NCBI GenBank assembly: GCA_965216565.1
Contig: OZ244170.1
Span: 352,001-416,000 of the forward strand
DNA from: Bythopirellula sp.
GTDB lineage: Bacteria; Planctomycetota; Planctomycetia; Pirellulales; Lacipirellulaceae
Length of the DNA stretch: 64,000 nt
Direction of reading: 5' to 3'
Part shown: in pieces, positions 47,868 to 58,447 of the stretch
Position numbering within the stretch: the stretch's first letter is position 1
Layout of the letters: each line of letters opens with the position of its first letter
Translations under genes and position numbers: made by a program
Notes under the pieces: model-generated
What the model saw: the letters and a program-made list of their open reading frames with translations, nothing else
Database searches by the model: none
Told to the model about the DNA's origin: nothing

Positions 47868-48638
47868 ATGAACGTCAAAATATCTAGTTGCTGTTTACTC
47901 GTGGTCATAGCATTGGGTGCGGCTGCGCCCTGTCACACCTATGCGGAGGGCGATCGTCAGGAGCCCCCTAAAAAGAGCCAGCAAAAGAAACGCGAGCGTC
48001 CGGGCCCACCAGTTCGAGACCGCGAGCATACTTTTGCTAAACGTGTGCGAAACTACCGGGAGCTCAAACGCCAGAACATTGTTATGCAGCAGCGAGATTA
48101 CTCTTGCGGTGCGGCAGCATTGGCCACGATTGCCCACTACTATTGGCGGGACAACGTCGATGAGGAGTTCTTTCTGTCTATACTAGATCACATTCTAACC
48201 CTAGAAGAAGCTAAAGAGCGGGTCGAAAATGGCTTGGCGATGAGCGACCTGCGCCGTGCTGCCGTCGAGGCAGGCTACAAGGCTATTGTGGGTAAGGTTT
48301 CTTTTCAAAAACTCACCGAGTCGAAAGTGCCATTAATCGTGGGCATCACTGTCGACGACTACGATCACTTTGTCGTGTATCGCGGTACTGACGGCATCTA
48401 TGTTTATTTGGCTGATCCAATTCGCGGGAATCTTCGCGTTCGCAGCCATGTGTTCATCAAACAGTGGCAAAAGAATGCAATCTTGGCGATTGCTAAGCCG
48501 GGTGCCAAAGTGAAGGAATATTCCCGTCTGAGCATCACAGGCGACGAGCTATTCCTGGGTCGGCTCAATGATCAGGTTGTGCGGACGGCAGGCGAACGAC
48601 CGATCACGCGTCCCATCTATCGCCCCATCGTACGCTGA
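47868..48638 (+). CDS. Stand-alone exported C39 peptidase (FapD-like)
   Basis: Signal peptide; MQQRDYSCGAAALAT (Gln, Cys), YDHFVV (His), YLADP (Asp); no fused ABC transporter. Confidence 0.92.
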   Translation: MNVKISSCCLLVVIALGAAAPCHTYAEGDRQEPPKKSQQKKRERPGPPVRDREHTFAKRVRNYRELKRQNIVMQQRDYSCGAAALATIAHYYWRDNVDEEFFLSILDHILTLEEAKERVENGLAMSDLRRAAVEAGYKAIVGKVSFQKLTESKVPLIVGITVDDYDHFVVYRGTDGIYVYLADPIRGNLRVRSHVFIKQWQKNAILAIAKPGAKVKEYSRLSITGDELFLGRLNDQVVRTAGERPITRPIYRPIVR

Positions 48639-48655
48639 TCGGCGTGGCGTTAGGG

Positions 48656-48868
48656 CTATTCTGATTCGTCTGAGAGTGCTTCCTGGATGATCGACGCGAT
48701 GTCGAACTTGCCACTATTGATAGAATCGAAGACCGATTCGTGCATCGTCTGCGCGTCGTAGTCTTCCAGCTTTGCCAAGATCTTTCTGATCGCTACTGGG
48801 GAGTGGCCTTGCTCGCGCAACCATTCCATCAGTTCTTCATGATTCGGGTCTGGAGTAGACATGGGCAT
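48656..48868 (-). CDS. Small acidic hypothetical protein
   Basis: 70-aa ORF directly after tsaB on the same strand. Confidence 0.65.
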   Translation of the reverse strand: MPMSTPDPNHEELMEWLREQGHSPVAIRKILAKLEDYDAQTMHESVFDSINSGKFDIASIIQEALSDESE

Positions 48869-48892
48869 TCATCCGTCAGAGTAAAGTTTGGA

Positions 48893-49600
48893 TTAGGCAA
48901 TCGCATCTGCTTTTTCTTCAGCTGCACTTTTGCGAAAGTAATTGGGCACGAGTTGCATGGGATCGATACCGCCTTGGCTGAGGAAAATCTTTGCTCCAAG
49001 TTTACCGATCGCTCTGGCAGTGGGCGACCATAGTTCGGACTCGGCAATTGTGACGCCACTGGGAATACGATCGGCAAGAGTATTCAGCGGCGGCCCTGTG
49101 ACTAGGTCACCGGGTTGAAGCAAGTCGAGCCACTCGTCGATTTTCAACAAAAGCGTATCTGGCGGAGTGACCATCTCAGACTCGCTTAGGAAAGTATAAC
49201 TGGCAGCAAACAGCTCTTGCCGTTGTGCGTCTAGTATTGCCCACACGCGTTGACTCTTTTTGTGCTCACCCGAGTCCGCAATCTTCATTGCGAGTGCGGA
49301 GAGGCTATGTACACCTACCAATTTCGCAGCGCTGGAATAGGCCAGAGTTTTTGCGGTGATGACACCAATCCTCAATCCAGTGAATGAACCTGGACCCGTG
49401 GCAACGCAGAGAAGATCTACGTTTTCGATGTCCCAGCTGCATTTCTTCAGTAGCGAGGAAATCTGCGGGACGAGGGAACACGCAGTTCGTTCATTTTTCG
49501 GTAACGAGACTTCTTGAACAAGCTCGCAGCAATCTTGCCGGACTGTCAGCGTAGCCAGGCTTCCCCGACGGTCGATGGATTCAATAGCAAGTATCCGCAT
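48893..49600 (-). CDS. tsaB: tRNA threonylcarbamoyladenosine biosynthesis protein TsaB
   Basis: MRILAIES, GPGSFTGLRIG..AKTLA, LDAQRQE, P.YFRKSAAEE. Confidence 0.93.
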   Translation of the reverse strand: MRILAIESIDRRGSLATLTVRQDCCELVQEVSLPKNERTACSLVPQISSLLKKCSWDIENVDLLCVATGPGSFTGLRIGVITAKTLAYSSAAKLVGVHSLSALAMKIADSGEHKKSQRVWAILDAQRQELFAASYTFLSESEMVTPPDTLLLKIDEWLDLLQPGDLVTGPPLNTLADRIPSGVTIAESELWSPTARAIGKLGAKIFLSQGGIDPMQLVPNYFRKSAAEEKADAIA

Positions 49601-49971
49601 GGCAACTTTTTAGTAGATCTGGATCAGCATAGACCAAGTAATTGGGGACGCTTCGTCCGAGTTGAGTCCTGAGTTGCGGGTTTAGCCCGATCGTCCTGCC
49701 GGGCCTCCATTCTCGCTCGTAGAGATGGAATCCGCCACCATTCTCGAACACATTCTTGGCTTGGGCGATCGTAGCAGGAGCAGGGAGGTGCATTCTAACG
49801 AATCGCTGGGCGGATAGAGCGTCCTTGACCGGTCTCTTTTCGGGATTTAGACTAGCCAGTTGGATCGTACAGTCGAGGCCTCTTATTGCTTTTAGGGGTA
49901 ATCGAATTGAGCCCCGTCTCTAAGTCACGATCGCATAACTACAGCCCTTTCAGCGACTGGTTTTTGTTGCA

Positions 49972-50724
49972 GTGCGTCGAGCGATAATTAGTGACATTCA
50001 CGGTAATCATGTAGCCCTCGAGAGCGTGCTTGCGCACATTGCGGACCAAAAGGTCGATGAAGTCTACTGCTTGGGTGACATCATCGGCTATGGACCCAGT
50101 CCGTGCGAATGTCTCGATGCGGTGATCGACAACGCCAAAGTGTGCCTACTGGGCAATCATGACCAGGGTGCAATGTTCGATCCCGAAGGATTCAATAGTG
50201 GTGCTGAACGCGCCATTTTTTGGACTCGCGAACAACTGGAAAACAGTGGTGGTAGCCCAGATAAAATTGATCGCCGCTGGGATTTTCTGGGAACCTTGCC
50301 GCGTGTTCATCGAGAAGACCCTTGGCTGTATGTTCATGGATCACCGCGTAACCCGGTCAACGAGTATGTCTTTCCGGAAGACATTTACAATCAAAAGAAA
50401 ATGGAAAAGCTTTTTGGGTTGATTACCAAGGGCTGTTTCCAAGGGCACACTCATGTGCCGGGCGTGTTTCTTGAGAGCTTGGAATTTATCACACCCGAGC
50501 AGACTCAAAATGTTTTTGAGATCAAAGACGAGCGGTTCATGGTGAATGTGGGTTCCGTAGGCCAGCCTCGGGATGGAGATCCTCGTTCTTGCTATGTCGT
50601 GCAGGAAGACGACAAGATTACGTTCCATCGCGTGGAGTACGATGTGGATGTAACGGCAAATAAAATCTACCAGACTCCCGATCTGGATAATTTCTTAGGA
50701 GACCGTATCAAGGAAGGACGCTAG
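49972..50724 (+). CDS. Metallophosphoesterase (calcineurin-like)
   Basis: [43 protein letters not shown]. Confidence 0.92.
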   Translation: MRRAIISDIHGNHVALESVLAHIADQKVDEVYCLGDIIGYGPSPCECLDAVIDNAKVCLLGNHDQGAMFDPEGFNSGAERAIFWTREQLENSGGSPDKIDRRWDFLGTLPRVHREDPWLYVHGSPRNPVNEYVFPEDIYNQKKMEKLFGLITKGCFQGHTHVPGVFLESLEFITPEQTQNVFEIKDERFMVNVGSVGQPRDGDPRSCYVVQEDDKITFHRVEYDVDVTANKIYQTPDLDNFLGDRIKEGR

Positions 50725-50885
50725 CCGATAGCGTGAGTCGCCTCCTGTGATGCAGTTGGCGGCTGGGGTCTCAGACAATCTGCCAATTCTACTGGTAGCC
50801 TCAACCCACCCCCCTCCCAGATTGTTGCTCTACCAGTGTAAAATATTTCTTTCTTTCCTCAGTCTTTTTTGCGAGAGCGTCCCAC

Positions 50886-53312
50886 GTGGAACAACGACGA
50901 GTCATCCTATTTTTAATGCTCTCGTTCACGGTATTGGTGCTCAATGGCCTGCTGTTCCCGCCTGAAGAAGTTGCGGACAACAAACTCCCTCCTAAGGGAA
51001 AGCAAGAAGCAGCGGCAGTCGCTGAGGGCGGTGCGGAAGCGGACGCCAGCGGCGAACATTTCGACCAAGGGGCCGATGCTCCAGGTGCTCTGGATGGCCA
51101 GGATCCCAACGAGCAGCCCGTTGAGCCAGTTGCTGAGGTCCCGCTCGAATTTGCGACCCTAGGATCTATCGCCGAAGACTCGTCTTATCGGATGCTGGTA
51201 ACACTGACCAACAAAGGGGCGGGTGTCCAACGTGTGGAACTTGCCAACCGTCGGTACCGAGATCTGCAGGATCGAGGGGGTTACCTGGGGCACTTGCAAC
51301 TAGTAAAGGCCGCGGAGGGCGGACTCCTAGTTCAGGTGGTCGGCGAGGGAACTCCCGCTGCGAATGCAGGAATCAAAAAGGGCGACCGACTGCTCTCTGC
51401 CAAAGCGGGCAAGACTTCAGCTGAGCTCAACTCGCCCAAGGATTTCACGAATCTTTTGGAAGAGCTCGAACCGGGGCGAGAGATCATCCTCAGAGTTGCT
51501 CGAGAAGATGGTCAAGATGAAGAAATCGAATTGGAATTGGTGCGTCGTCCGCTGGAAGTCATTCGTCCCGAGGCTGAGAACTTCCTGATGCGTACCGGGT
51601 CGATTCCTGCTGATTTGGAATCGCCTCCCTCTCTACTTTTTTCCCTCGAGCAACTGGGATCGCAGAAACTCACTGCCGAGATCGAAAAGGCGAAAGGTCG
51701 TGCCCAACAAGCGATTGAAGAACAAACGGGCGAACAAGTTTCCGTTCCCAAAGAACTTGCAGGGGTCGCGCTGAGCGAGTCAAACTGGGAAATCGTTGAG
51801 CAGGACGAAACAAGTGTCACTTTCCGCCAACGAGTGCCGCAGCATAACCTTGAAGTCATCAAGCGCTATCGGATTGCCACGATTGCGAACGAAGAACAGA
51901 GCGAAGCAGATTTTCCTGCCTACCATCTCACACTTGACATCGAAATCCGTAACGGTGGCGACAAGCCAATCAACAATCTTGCCTACCGTCTTGATGGCCC
52001 GAACGGACTTCCTCTGGAAGGTTGGTGGTATGCTCATAAAGTGGGACGTGAATGGACGGTAGGTCTCCGCGACATCTTTGCCCGACATGTAGGTGAGGAT
52101 GACCCCGTTCAGTTTGGGCCTCAGGCAGTGATCGATGGCGACTTCGAGCCCATGATGGGTACTCCTCTCGCATACATCGGCATCGATGCACAGTACTTCT
52201 CGGCAATGCTAATTCCCGAGAAACCATCGCTCGACACAACCTGGATTGATCAGGCACTAGCCACACTCTTGAGCCCTCAACCCAAAGCTCGCGGTACTGA
52301 AGGTCGCTACGCGAATGTTTCGTTCCGTTTGATAAGCAAAGAATTGACTCTCGAGCCGGGCGAGACACTCAAGCATTCCTATAAGCTCTTTGCCGGTCCC
52401 AAACGTCCTGAGCTACTTAAGAAGTATCAGGTTGTCGACGATCCTGCCTATTCGCTTGGCGACTTGGAGTATTACGGATGGTTCTCCAGCGTTTCTACAG
52501 GCATGCTCGCTATCCTGCATTTCTTCTATGGGATTGTTGGCAACTATGGCATAGCCATTATCATGCTCACGGTGCTGGTGCGTCTCTGCCTTTTTCCCAT
52601 CAGCCGCAAGCAAGCCAAGAGCATGGCTGCGATGCAAGCGCTGCGTCCTGAAATGGACAAGTTGAAGGAAAAGTACAAGAACGACATGCAGAAGCAGTCG
52701 TCTGAAATGCAGGCGCTGTACCGCAAGCACAACATCAATCCGCTGGGCGGCTGCCTGCCGATGTTTATCCAACTGCCCATAATGCTGGGGCTTTATAGGG
52801 CACTCGCGGTAGATCTGGAATTGCGACAAGCTCCGTTGATTAGCGAAAGCGTGCGATGGTGCTCCAATTTGGGTGCTCCCGATATGCTATTCGACTGGTC
52901 CGGGTTCATGCCCGAATTTATTACTAGTGGCCAAGGGTTTTTAGGATTAGGCCCTTACTTCAATATTCTGCCGATCGTCACCATCTTCCTGTTTATTTTG
53001 CAGCAAAAGCTCTTTATGCCTGAAGCAGCCAACGAGCAGGCTGCTTTGCAACAAAAGATCATGCAATACATGATGATTTTCATGGGCCTGATGTTCTTCA
53101 AGGTGGCATCGGGGTTGTGCATTTACTTTATTGCTTCCAGTATTTGGGGCATTGCAGAAAGAAAGCTCATTCCGCCACCAAAGGTGGCTGAAGGCAGTGG
53201 AAGCTCGAACGACAATGGCAATGGATTCAAGTCGAGTTCAGCTCGGTCATCCTCCGACAAGAAATCGAACTCCAAGAACAAAGGCAAGCGGAAGCCAAAG
53301 AAGAAGCGTTAA
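50886..53312 (+). CDS. yidC: Membrane protein insertase YidC with an inserted PDZ domain
   Basis: N-terminal helix; LTNKGA; LFAGPK; YYGW; GNYGIAII..T..VR; NPLGGCLP; PDZ motif GTPAANAGIKKGDRLL. Confidence 0.95.
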   Translation: MEQRRVILFLMLSFTVLVLNGLLFPPEEVADNKLPPKGKQEAAAVAEGGAEADASGEHFDQGADAPGALDGQDPNEQPVEPVAEVPLEFATLGSIAEDSSYRMLVTLTNKGAGVQRVELANRRYRDLQDRGGYLGHLQLVKAAEGGLLVQVVGEGTPAANAGIKKGDRLLSAKAGKTSAELNSPKDFTNLLEELEPGREIILRVAREDGQDEEIELELVRRPLEVIRPEAENFLMRTGSIPADLESPPSLLFSLEQLGSQKLTAEIEKAKGRAQQAIEEQTGEQVSVPKELAGVALSESNWEIVEQDETSVTFRQRVPQHNLEVIKRYRIATIANEEQSEADFPAYHLTLDIEIRNGGDKPINNLAYRLDGPNGLPLEGWWYAHKVGREWTVGLRDIFARHVGEDDPVQFGPQAVIDGDFEPMMGTPLAYIGIDAQYFSAMLIPEKPSLDTTWIDQALATLLSPQPKARGTEGRYANVSFRLISKELTLEPGETLKHSYKLFAGPKRPELLKKYQVVDDPAYSLGDLEYYGWFSSVSTGMLAILHFFYGIVGNYGIAIIMLTVLVRLCLFPISRKQAKSMAAMQALRPEMDKLKEKYKNDMQKQSSEMQALYRKHNINPLGGCLPMFIQLPIMLGLYRALAVDLELRQAPLISESVRWCSNLGAPDMLFDWSGFMPEFITSGQGFLGLGPYFNILPIVTIFLFILQQKLFMPEAANEQAALQQKIMQYMMIFMGLMFFKVASGLCIYFIASSIWGIAERKLIPPPKVAEGSGSSNDNGNGFKSSSARSSSDKKSNSKNKGKRKPKKKR

Positions 53313-53348
53313 CCTTGGTGATCGGCTTGACTCCGAGATCGCTCCGCG

Positions 53349-54713
53349 ATGGTGCTGGACCCTCACGATACAATCGTTGCCATTGGCACGCCGCCACGAC
53401 CTGCCGGTCGTGGAATCGTGCGCCTGAGTGGCCCTCGTGTGGTCGATTGTCTTTCTCGCAGCTTCGTTCCTGATGATTTCGATTGCGATTGGCAGTCGCT
53501 GCAGAGTGCCCGATGTCTGTCCGGTAAGATACTCTTGCAACAAGACATTCCCTGTAACCTACTTCTTTGGCCCACTGCCAAAAGTTACACGCGGCAACCA
53601 ACAGCCGAGATCAACACATTCGGGGCGATGCCGATTCTGGAAAAGATAGTCAAGCATCTGTGCGAGCAGGGGGCGCGACTAGCTGAGCCAGGCGAATTCA
53701 CTCTCCGCGCGTTTCTGGCCGGACGACTCGATTTGACCCAAGCCGAGGGAGTGCTAGGAGTGATCGATGCCCGCGCACCTGCGGAGCTTAACGCATCGCT
53801 CGAACAGCTTGCCGGAGGGCTTTCGCATCCGCTCCAAGTCACACGGCAGCAGCTGATCGAACTGCTTGCCGAACTGGAAGCTGGGCTCGATTTTGTGGAA
53901 GAAGATATCGAGTTCATATCCGTGGAGCAATTGTGCTCAAACTTGAAAGCTGCGCAAATATCGGTTCAGGAGACTCGCGTACAACTTTCCTCTCGGGCAA
54001 CCTCAATGGAGCTGCCGTGTGTTGCGGTCGTTGGACCTCCCAACGCTGGTAAGAGTAGTTTGTTCAATGAACTTCGCAGGAAATGGGGGGCAGATGTCGG
54101 CCAAGCCGAGGCGATTGTATCTCAGCAGGCTGGTACCACTCGTGATTATGTTACCGCTGAGCTAGAAATAAATGGAATTGGTTGCCTGTTGGTCGATACC
54201 GCTGGAGAGGACACTACAACCCAAGAAGCTTCGATTGATCGGATTGCCCAGGCGATGACAGGACGTCAGAAAGAAACAGCCTCTTTGCTTGTTTACTGTC
54301 GAGAGCTAACTAGTGCAGCCGATCACGAATGCCTTGATATCAAGACTGAGGCTTTGCCTGTCTGGACTAAAAGCGATCAGGTAGACGCTTCCGGAATCGA
54401 CGAGCTCACTTGTAGTGCTGTGACAGGTGAAGGTCTCGATCGATTGGCTACCGAGATCCAAACGCGGTTGGAGAGTTTGCTCGAAGAACGTGGGAGCATT
54501 ATCGGCTCGACGACCTTGCGATGCGGCGACAGTCTCGAAAATGCCGACAAAGCGTTATCAGAAGCGCTATTGCAGGCCGAACAGGCGGGCGGAGAAGAAT
54601 TGGTGGCCGCCGAGGTTCGTCTGGCACTGACAGAGATTGGCCGCGTAGTTGGTACGGTCTATACCGACGATATTCTGGATCAAATCTTTGGCCAATTCTG
54701 CATTGGCAAGTAG
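53349..54713 (+). CDS. mnmE: tRNA modification GTPase MnmE
   Basis: DTIVAIGTP, AEPGEFTLRAFLAGRLDLTQAE, GPPNAGKSS, GTTRD, DTAG, FCIGK. Confidence 0.95.
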   Translation: MVLDPHDTIVAIGTPPRPAGRGIVRLSGPRVVDCLSRSFVPDDFDCDWQSLQSARCLSGKILLQQDIPCNLLLWPTAKSYTRQPTAEINTFGAMPILEKIVKHLCEQGARLAEPGEFTLRAFLAGRLDLTQAEGVLGVIDARAPAELNASLEQLAGGLSHPLQVTRQQLIELLAELEAGLDFVEEDIEFISVEQLCSNLKAAQISVQETRVQLSSRATSMELPCVAVVGPPNAGKSSLFNELRRKWGADVGQAEAIVSQQAGTTRDYVTAELEINGIGCLLVDTAGEDTTTQEASIDRIAQAMTGRQKETASLLVYCRELTSAADHECLDIKTEALPVWTKSDQVDASGIDELTCSAVTGEGLDRLATEIQTRLESLLEERGSIIGSTTLRCGDSLENADKALSEALLQAEQAGGEELVAAEVRLALTEIGRVVGTVYTDDILDQIFGQFCIGK

Positions 54714-54986
54714 CTGATCATCAAATTGCTTCGCAGGCTCTTACCTCCACAGATTGTCCAGCTACGAGGCTATTGGAGTGGCTTGAGTCTTTTTGAAACT
54801 ATCCTCCGATAACGGTCGCCCGTATTGCCCCACTTTAGACTTCTCTGAGACGCGTCGATTCCGCAAGATTTCGTCAAAACGCTCTTCCTAGTCGGGTATG
54901 TTTTTTAGTCGCCGTTCTTCGCTGCTTCCGTCTACATCTAAGAGTTGCCTGCTCGATTGAGGATTTCGTTGAACAAGTTACCGAGA

Positions 54987-56555
54987 ATGATGTCGTTGCC
55001 CTCACTGTTCATTGGGGCATTCCTATTCGGGGTGGCACTTCCCTCCGATTGTTCACTAGCTGAAAACCTCTGGCTCGATAGTGCGAGGGCTTCGATCACG
55101 ACTGATGAGCTCCATGCGCATGCCGGCTTTATGGCCGACGATATGCTCGAAGGGAGGGAAGCAGGTTCGCGCGGTGGTTTGGCCGCCGCTAGATACATTG
55201 TCAGCAGGCTCGAAGAATGCGGCTTGAAGCCGGGGGGACCCAGCGGAACCTTTACACAAACGTTTCCCGGCAACTCACAGAATATACTCGGCGTATTAGA
55301 GGGAACCGATCCCGACCTGAAGCACGAGTTCATTGTGGTCGGCGCTCACTACGATCACGTTGGCTACGGCACCCGTCGTAATAGCTATGGACCGATTGGT
55401 TTTATCCATAATGGTGCCGACGACAATGCCAGTGGCGTGGCCACGCTGTTGGAGGTCATCGACGCTCTGGCCCAGACCTCGCATCGACCCCGTCGATCGA
55501 TATTGTTCGCATTCTGGGATGGCGAAGAGAAAGGCCTGCTTGGTTCGAAGCACTGGATGAGCAGTCCCACCGTGCCAATATCAGACGTACGTCTGGCCTG
55601 GAATATTGATATGGTGGGTAGGCTCGAAGGGGGCCGGATCGAGGTTATGGGAGCCCGCACGGGGGCAGGAATGAGGCAACTCTTGAGCTCATCCTCACTC
55701 GATGACGGGATTTGGGTCGATTTCACTTGGGAATACAAAGACAACAGCGATCACTGGACGTTCTACCAAGCAGGCATCCCGGCACTCTGTCTGCATACTG
55801 GCTTACACGACGACTACCATCGACCCTCTGACGACGTTGAGAAACTCAACATCGAGGGTATGCGGTTTGTCTCGCGCTACTTCGTCGAGCAGATCACTAA
55901 GCAGGCCGATGCCGACGTGTTACCAGCGTTTCGTGCCCAATCGCGGCATGAGAATAAGTTCACTCAAAAACGACAGCAACGAGCTCTACCAGATTTCGCA
56001 CCTCGATTTGATTTTGCGTGGGAGTTCCAGCCAGGCACTGAACCAAGACTCTTAGTCACTAATGTCCCGCGGCGTTCGATGGCCGAGCAAGCAGGTCTGC
56101 AGGGTGGCGATCGAATTGTGAGTGTCAACTCGTTGCCGATCAAGAGTAAGGCTTTACTACCTGCAGCCGCCTTGCAGGCGGAGACAGAGCTTTTGTTGAT
56201 CGTAGAGCGGGATGAGCCGCAAGGGTTGGTGGAGATCGAGTTGCCGCTTGCCGGAGGGCCGGTACGACTTGGCCTGTCGTGGCGCGACGATCCAGCAGAA
56301 CCCAATTCTGCCTATGTAACCCGCGTAGTGCCCTATTCGCCCGCACACCAGGCGGGCATTAAACTTTTTGATCGAGTTCATGCTCTCAATGGGGAACCGA
56401 TTGCCGGTCAGGCCGATTTTCTGACCAAAGTGCGTGAGCTGTTAGCAACCGACGCTCAAGAACTGCGGCTTGAAATAGAATCGAATGGCCTTGTGACTGA
56501 GCGAGAAGTCTCTTTCCTTTTGCCCACCGAGAGTGAGCAGGACGCCACATTGTAG
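54987..56555 (+). CDS. M28 family metallopeptidase with two PDZ domains
   Basis: LEGREAGS, GAHYDH, NGADDNASG, GEEKGLLGS, NIDMVG, SDH, DYHRPSD; two PDZ-like segments; start uncertain. Confidence 0.9.
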   Translation: MMSLPSLFIGAFLFGVALPSDCSLAENLWLDSARASITTDELHAHAGFMADDMLEGREAGSRGGLAAARYIVSRLEECGLKPGGPSGTFTQTFPGNSQNILGVLEGTDPDLKHEFIVVGAHYDHVGYGTRRNSYGPIGFIHNGADDNASGVATLLEVIDALAQTSHRPRRSILFAFWDGEEKGLLGSKHWMSSPTVPISDVRLAWNIDMVGRLEGGRIEVMGARTGAGMRQLLSSSSLDDGIWVDFTWEYKDNSDHWTFYQAGIPALCLHTGLHDDYHRPSDDVEKLNIEGMRFVSRYFVEQITKQADADVLPAFRAQSRHENKFTQKRQQRALPDFAPRFDFAWEFQPGTEPRLLVTNVPRRSMAEQAGLQGGDRIVSVNSLPIKSKALLPAAALQAETELLLIVERDEPQGLVEIELPLAGGPVRLGLSWRDDPAEPNSAYVTRVVPYSPAHQAGIKLFDRVHALNGEPIAGQADFLTKVRELLATDAQELRLEIESNGLVTEREVSFLLPTESEQDATL

Positions 56556-56591
56556 GTTGGACCGTTTGTAAGCGACAGCTCATCACAAGGT

Positions 56592-56891
56592 TCAGTGGCT
56601 TGCGCCGATTGCTCGTAGTTTGTCCCAAGTGTATAGCCCCGAATTGTGGCCGTCGGACCAGTGGACTCGAATCGCATAGCCACCCACGGGTTCCATTTTT
56701 TCGATTTTAATGTCGCTGGGAACAGAATCAGGGTCTAAGATTCGTTCACCCGTCCATTCGTTCACGCAGTGTGCACATTGGCAGAGGCCTCGTAGCTTGA
56801 AGAAGGAAATCTCGTCTTGACGATCGTCCCACTGGACGGACAAAACACCTTTATCTCGCTGGGCACTAATATCGTTGGGAACTTTGCTCAT
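56592..56891 (-). CDS. DUF971 / GBBH N-terminal-like small protein
   Basis: W.D..LRGLCQCAHC..PVGGYAI..WSDGHNSGLYTW..L. Confidence 0.88.
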   Translation of the reverse strand: MSKVPNDISAQRDKGVLSVQWDDRQDEISFFKLRGLCQCAHCVNEWTGERILDPDSVPSDIKIEKMEPVGGYAIRVHWSDGHNSGLYTWDKLRAIGASH

Positions 56892-57089
56892 AGTGTTTCC
56901 AAGATAGTCCGAACCGAGCTGCCTCGCTATGTCTCCGATAGATGGCAGCTCCGAACCAGAGCATGGCAATAGGAAAGCCCAGCAGAGCCCAGAATCAAGA
57001 CCTAGTCGATGCCACTAGCACCGGCTATACTTCTCTGCCAGGCCAAGCTGGAGGTCTCAGGCAGTCAGGAAGGCTGGCATGAACAATTA

Positions 57090-57173
<84 letters not shown>

Positions 57174-57209
57174 CTTATGTGGCTGGAGACTTACACCTCC
57201 TGCCTCTCC

Positions 57210-57282
<73 letters not shown>

Positions 57283-57284
57283 CT

Positions 57285-57318
57285 AGATAACCCTAGTTTT
57301 ATAGGGTTATCTTTTTTT
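57285..57318 (+). terminator. Terminator after the tRNA pair
   Basis: AGATAACCCTA...TAGGGTTATCT followed by a T tract. Confidence 0.75.
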
Positions 57319-57577
57319 ATGCTTTGTAGTGCACGGTCGACTAATCGACCTAAGTAGTGCAGAATCGACCCGTTTTGTAGTGAAAGAAGTAGTGAAAGTT
57401 TTTTTATCTATTGAAGACACCATTCAAACTTGAGGCCGAGAAAGCATTACGCGGTTCTAAGATATGGGGCTGCTGAGATTGTTCTTGGAGCAAATTGATA
57501 GCCCATCCAAGCTAGTCTTGGTTGTATGAACGAGGTCGATCTCGGAGGCCTTGAAATAGGTTTTTGTCAATAGTGCA

Positions 57578-58447
57578 CTACTCAACATCAACACCTAGGA
57601 TGCGTGCTATGAAATGAGAAAATGGTTCGCCCGTTAGCATATTGGCTTCACCCATGTTCCGAGCGTAGCTCATTATCCATTCTCTTGGATCAGAGACAAC
57701 GATACCTTCTTTGTCAGCCAGTTCCTGCTTAAGAGTGTCTAACACGAGAGGTAAAGCACCCTGGCGTTTCGCGTCAGATAGTATGACGAAAAGGTGCGTA
57801 TCTATTTTATTTTTCTCATCTAGCTGTTCGCTTCTAGGCGATTCTTGCCGCAATAAAAGGTTACGCAATCGACTGGAATGAAGTGGTGCCTGGTGCACGG
57901 GATTCTGGTAGATATAGGCGAGAATTGAGGAATAGGCATCTACATTTATGTCGTGTTTAGTTGCTAAAGCCTCTTGTCTTTCTACTTCCCTAAACATCCA
58001 GCTTGCAGGGTCTTCAGTTAGAATCCCTTCATGCTCAAGAAGGTCTTTTTGAAGTTGGTCGAGGACCGCATTTTCTATTCCAGCTTCTCGCACACTATAT
58101 AGCTCAGCAAATACGGCCATGGGCAGTCGAGGTCCGCGGGCATTCATTTCAACACCGTTTTGAACGTAAGTTTTCCTTAGCAGCAAGTTTCTAAGATTGC
58201 TGGCATGATGTGCAATTTTTTCTCCAAGTTGTTGCTCTTGCGATATGGCTGGGTGAGTTTCGGGCGTCTCACTTGAAGTATTGAAGACAGCATCAAATCC
58301 AGGTGCGGGGGATGAGTTCTCGTGAGCAATGATCTCCTGCCTTCGTCCTTCACCCTCTGGTGCTACCTCTTTAAGGTCGATGGTTGAGGTCAGGTCAGTA
58401 CCACTTGTTGATTGCGATTGGCCTGGTAATGAAATAATCGGGGTCAT
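57578..58447 (-). CDS. Hypothetical protein with an internal domain duplication
   Basis: HASNLRNLLLR...EGILTEDPASW recurs as HSSRLRNLLLR...EGIVVSDPREW; GGAGAG ahead of ATG 58447. Confidence 0.75.
   Translation of the reverse strand: MTPIISLPGQSQSTSGTDLTSTIDLKEVAPEGEGRRQEIIAHENSSPAPGFDAVFNTSSETPETHPAISQEQQLGEKIAHHASNLRNLLLRKTYVQNGVEMNARGPRLPMAVFAELYSVREAGIENAVLDQLQKDLLEHEGILTEDPASWMFREVERQEALATKHDINVDAYSSILAYIYQNPVHQAPLHSSRLRNLLLRQESPRSEQLDEKNKIDTHLFVILSDAKRQGALPLVLDTLKQELADKEGIVVSDPREWIMSYARNMGEANMLTGEPFSHFIARILGVDVE

Noticed and set aside
41941..48638. Classical bacteriocin/RiPP cluster
   Set aside because: No peptidase-containing ABC transporter, modification enzyme or immunity gene; both precursors and the peptidase have Sec signals and an outer-membrane barrel is present
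57326..57398. Possible mini CRISPR array
   Set aside because: Repeats are only 8-10 bp with irregular short spacing and there are no cas genes; arm-type sites fit better
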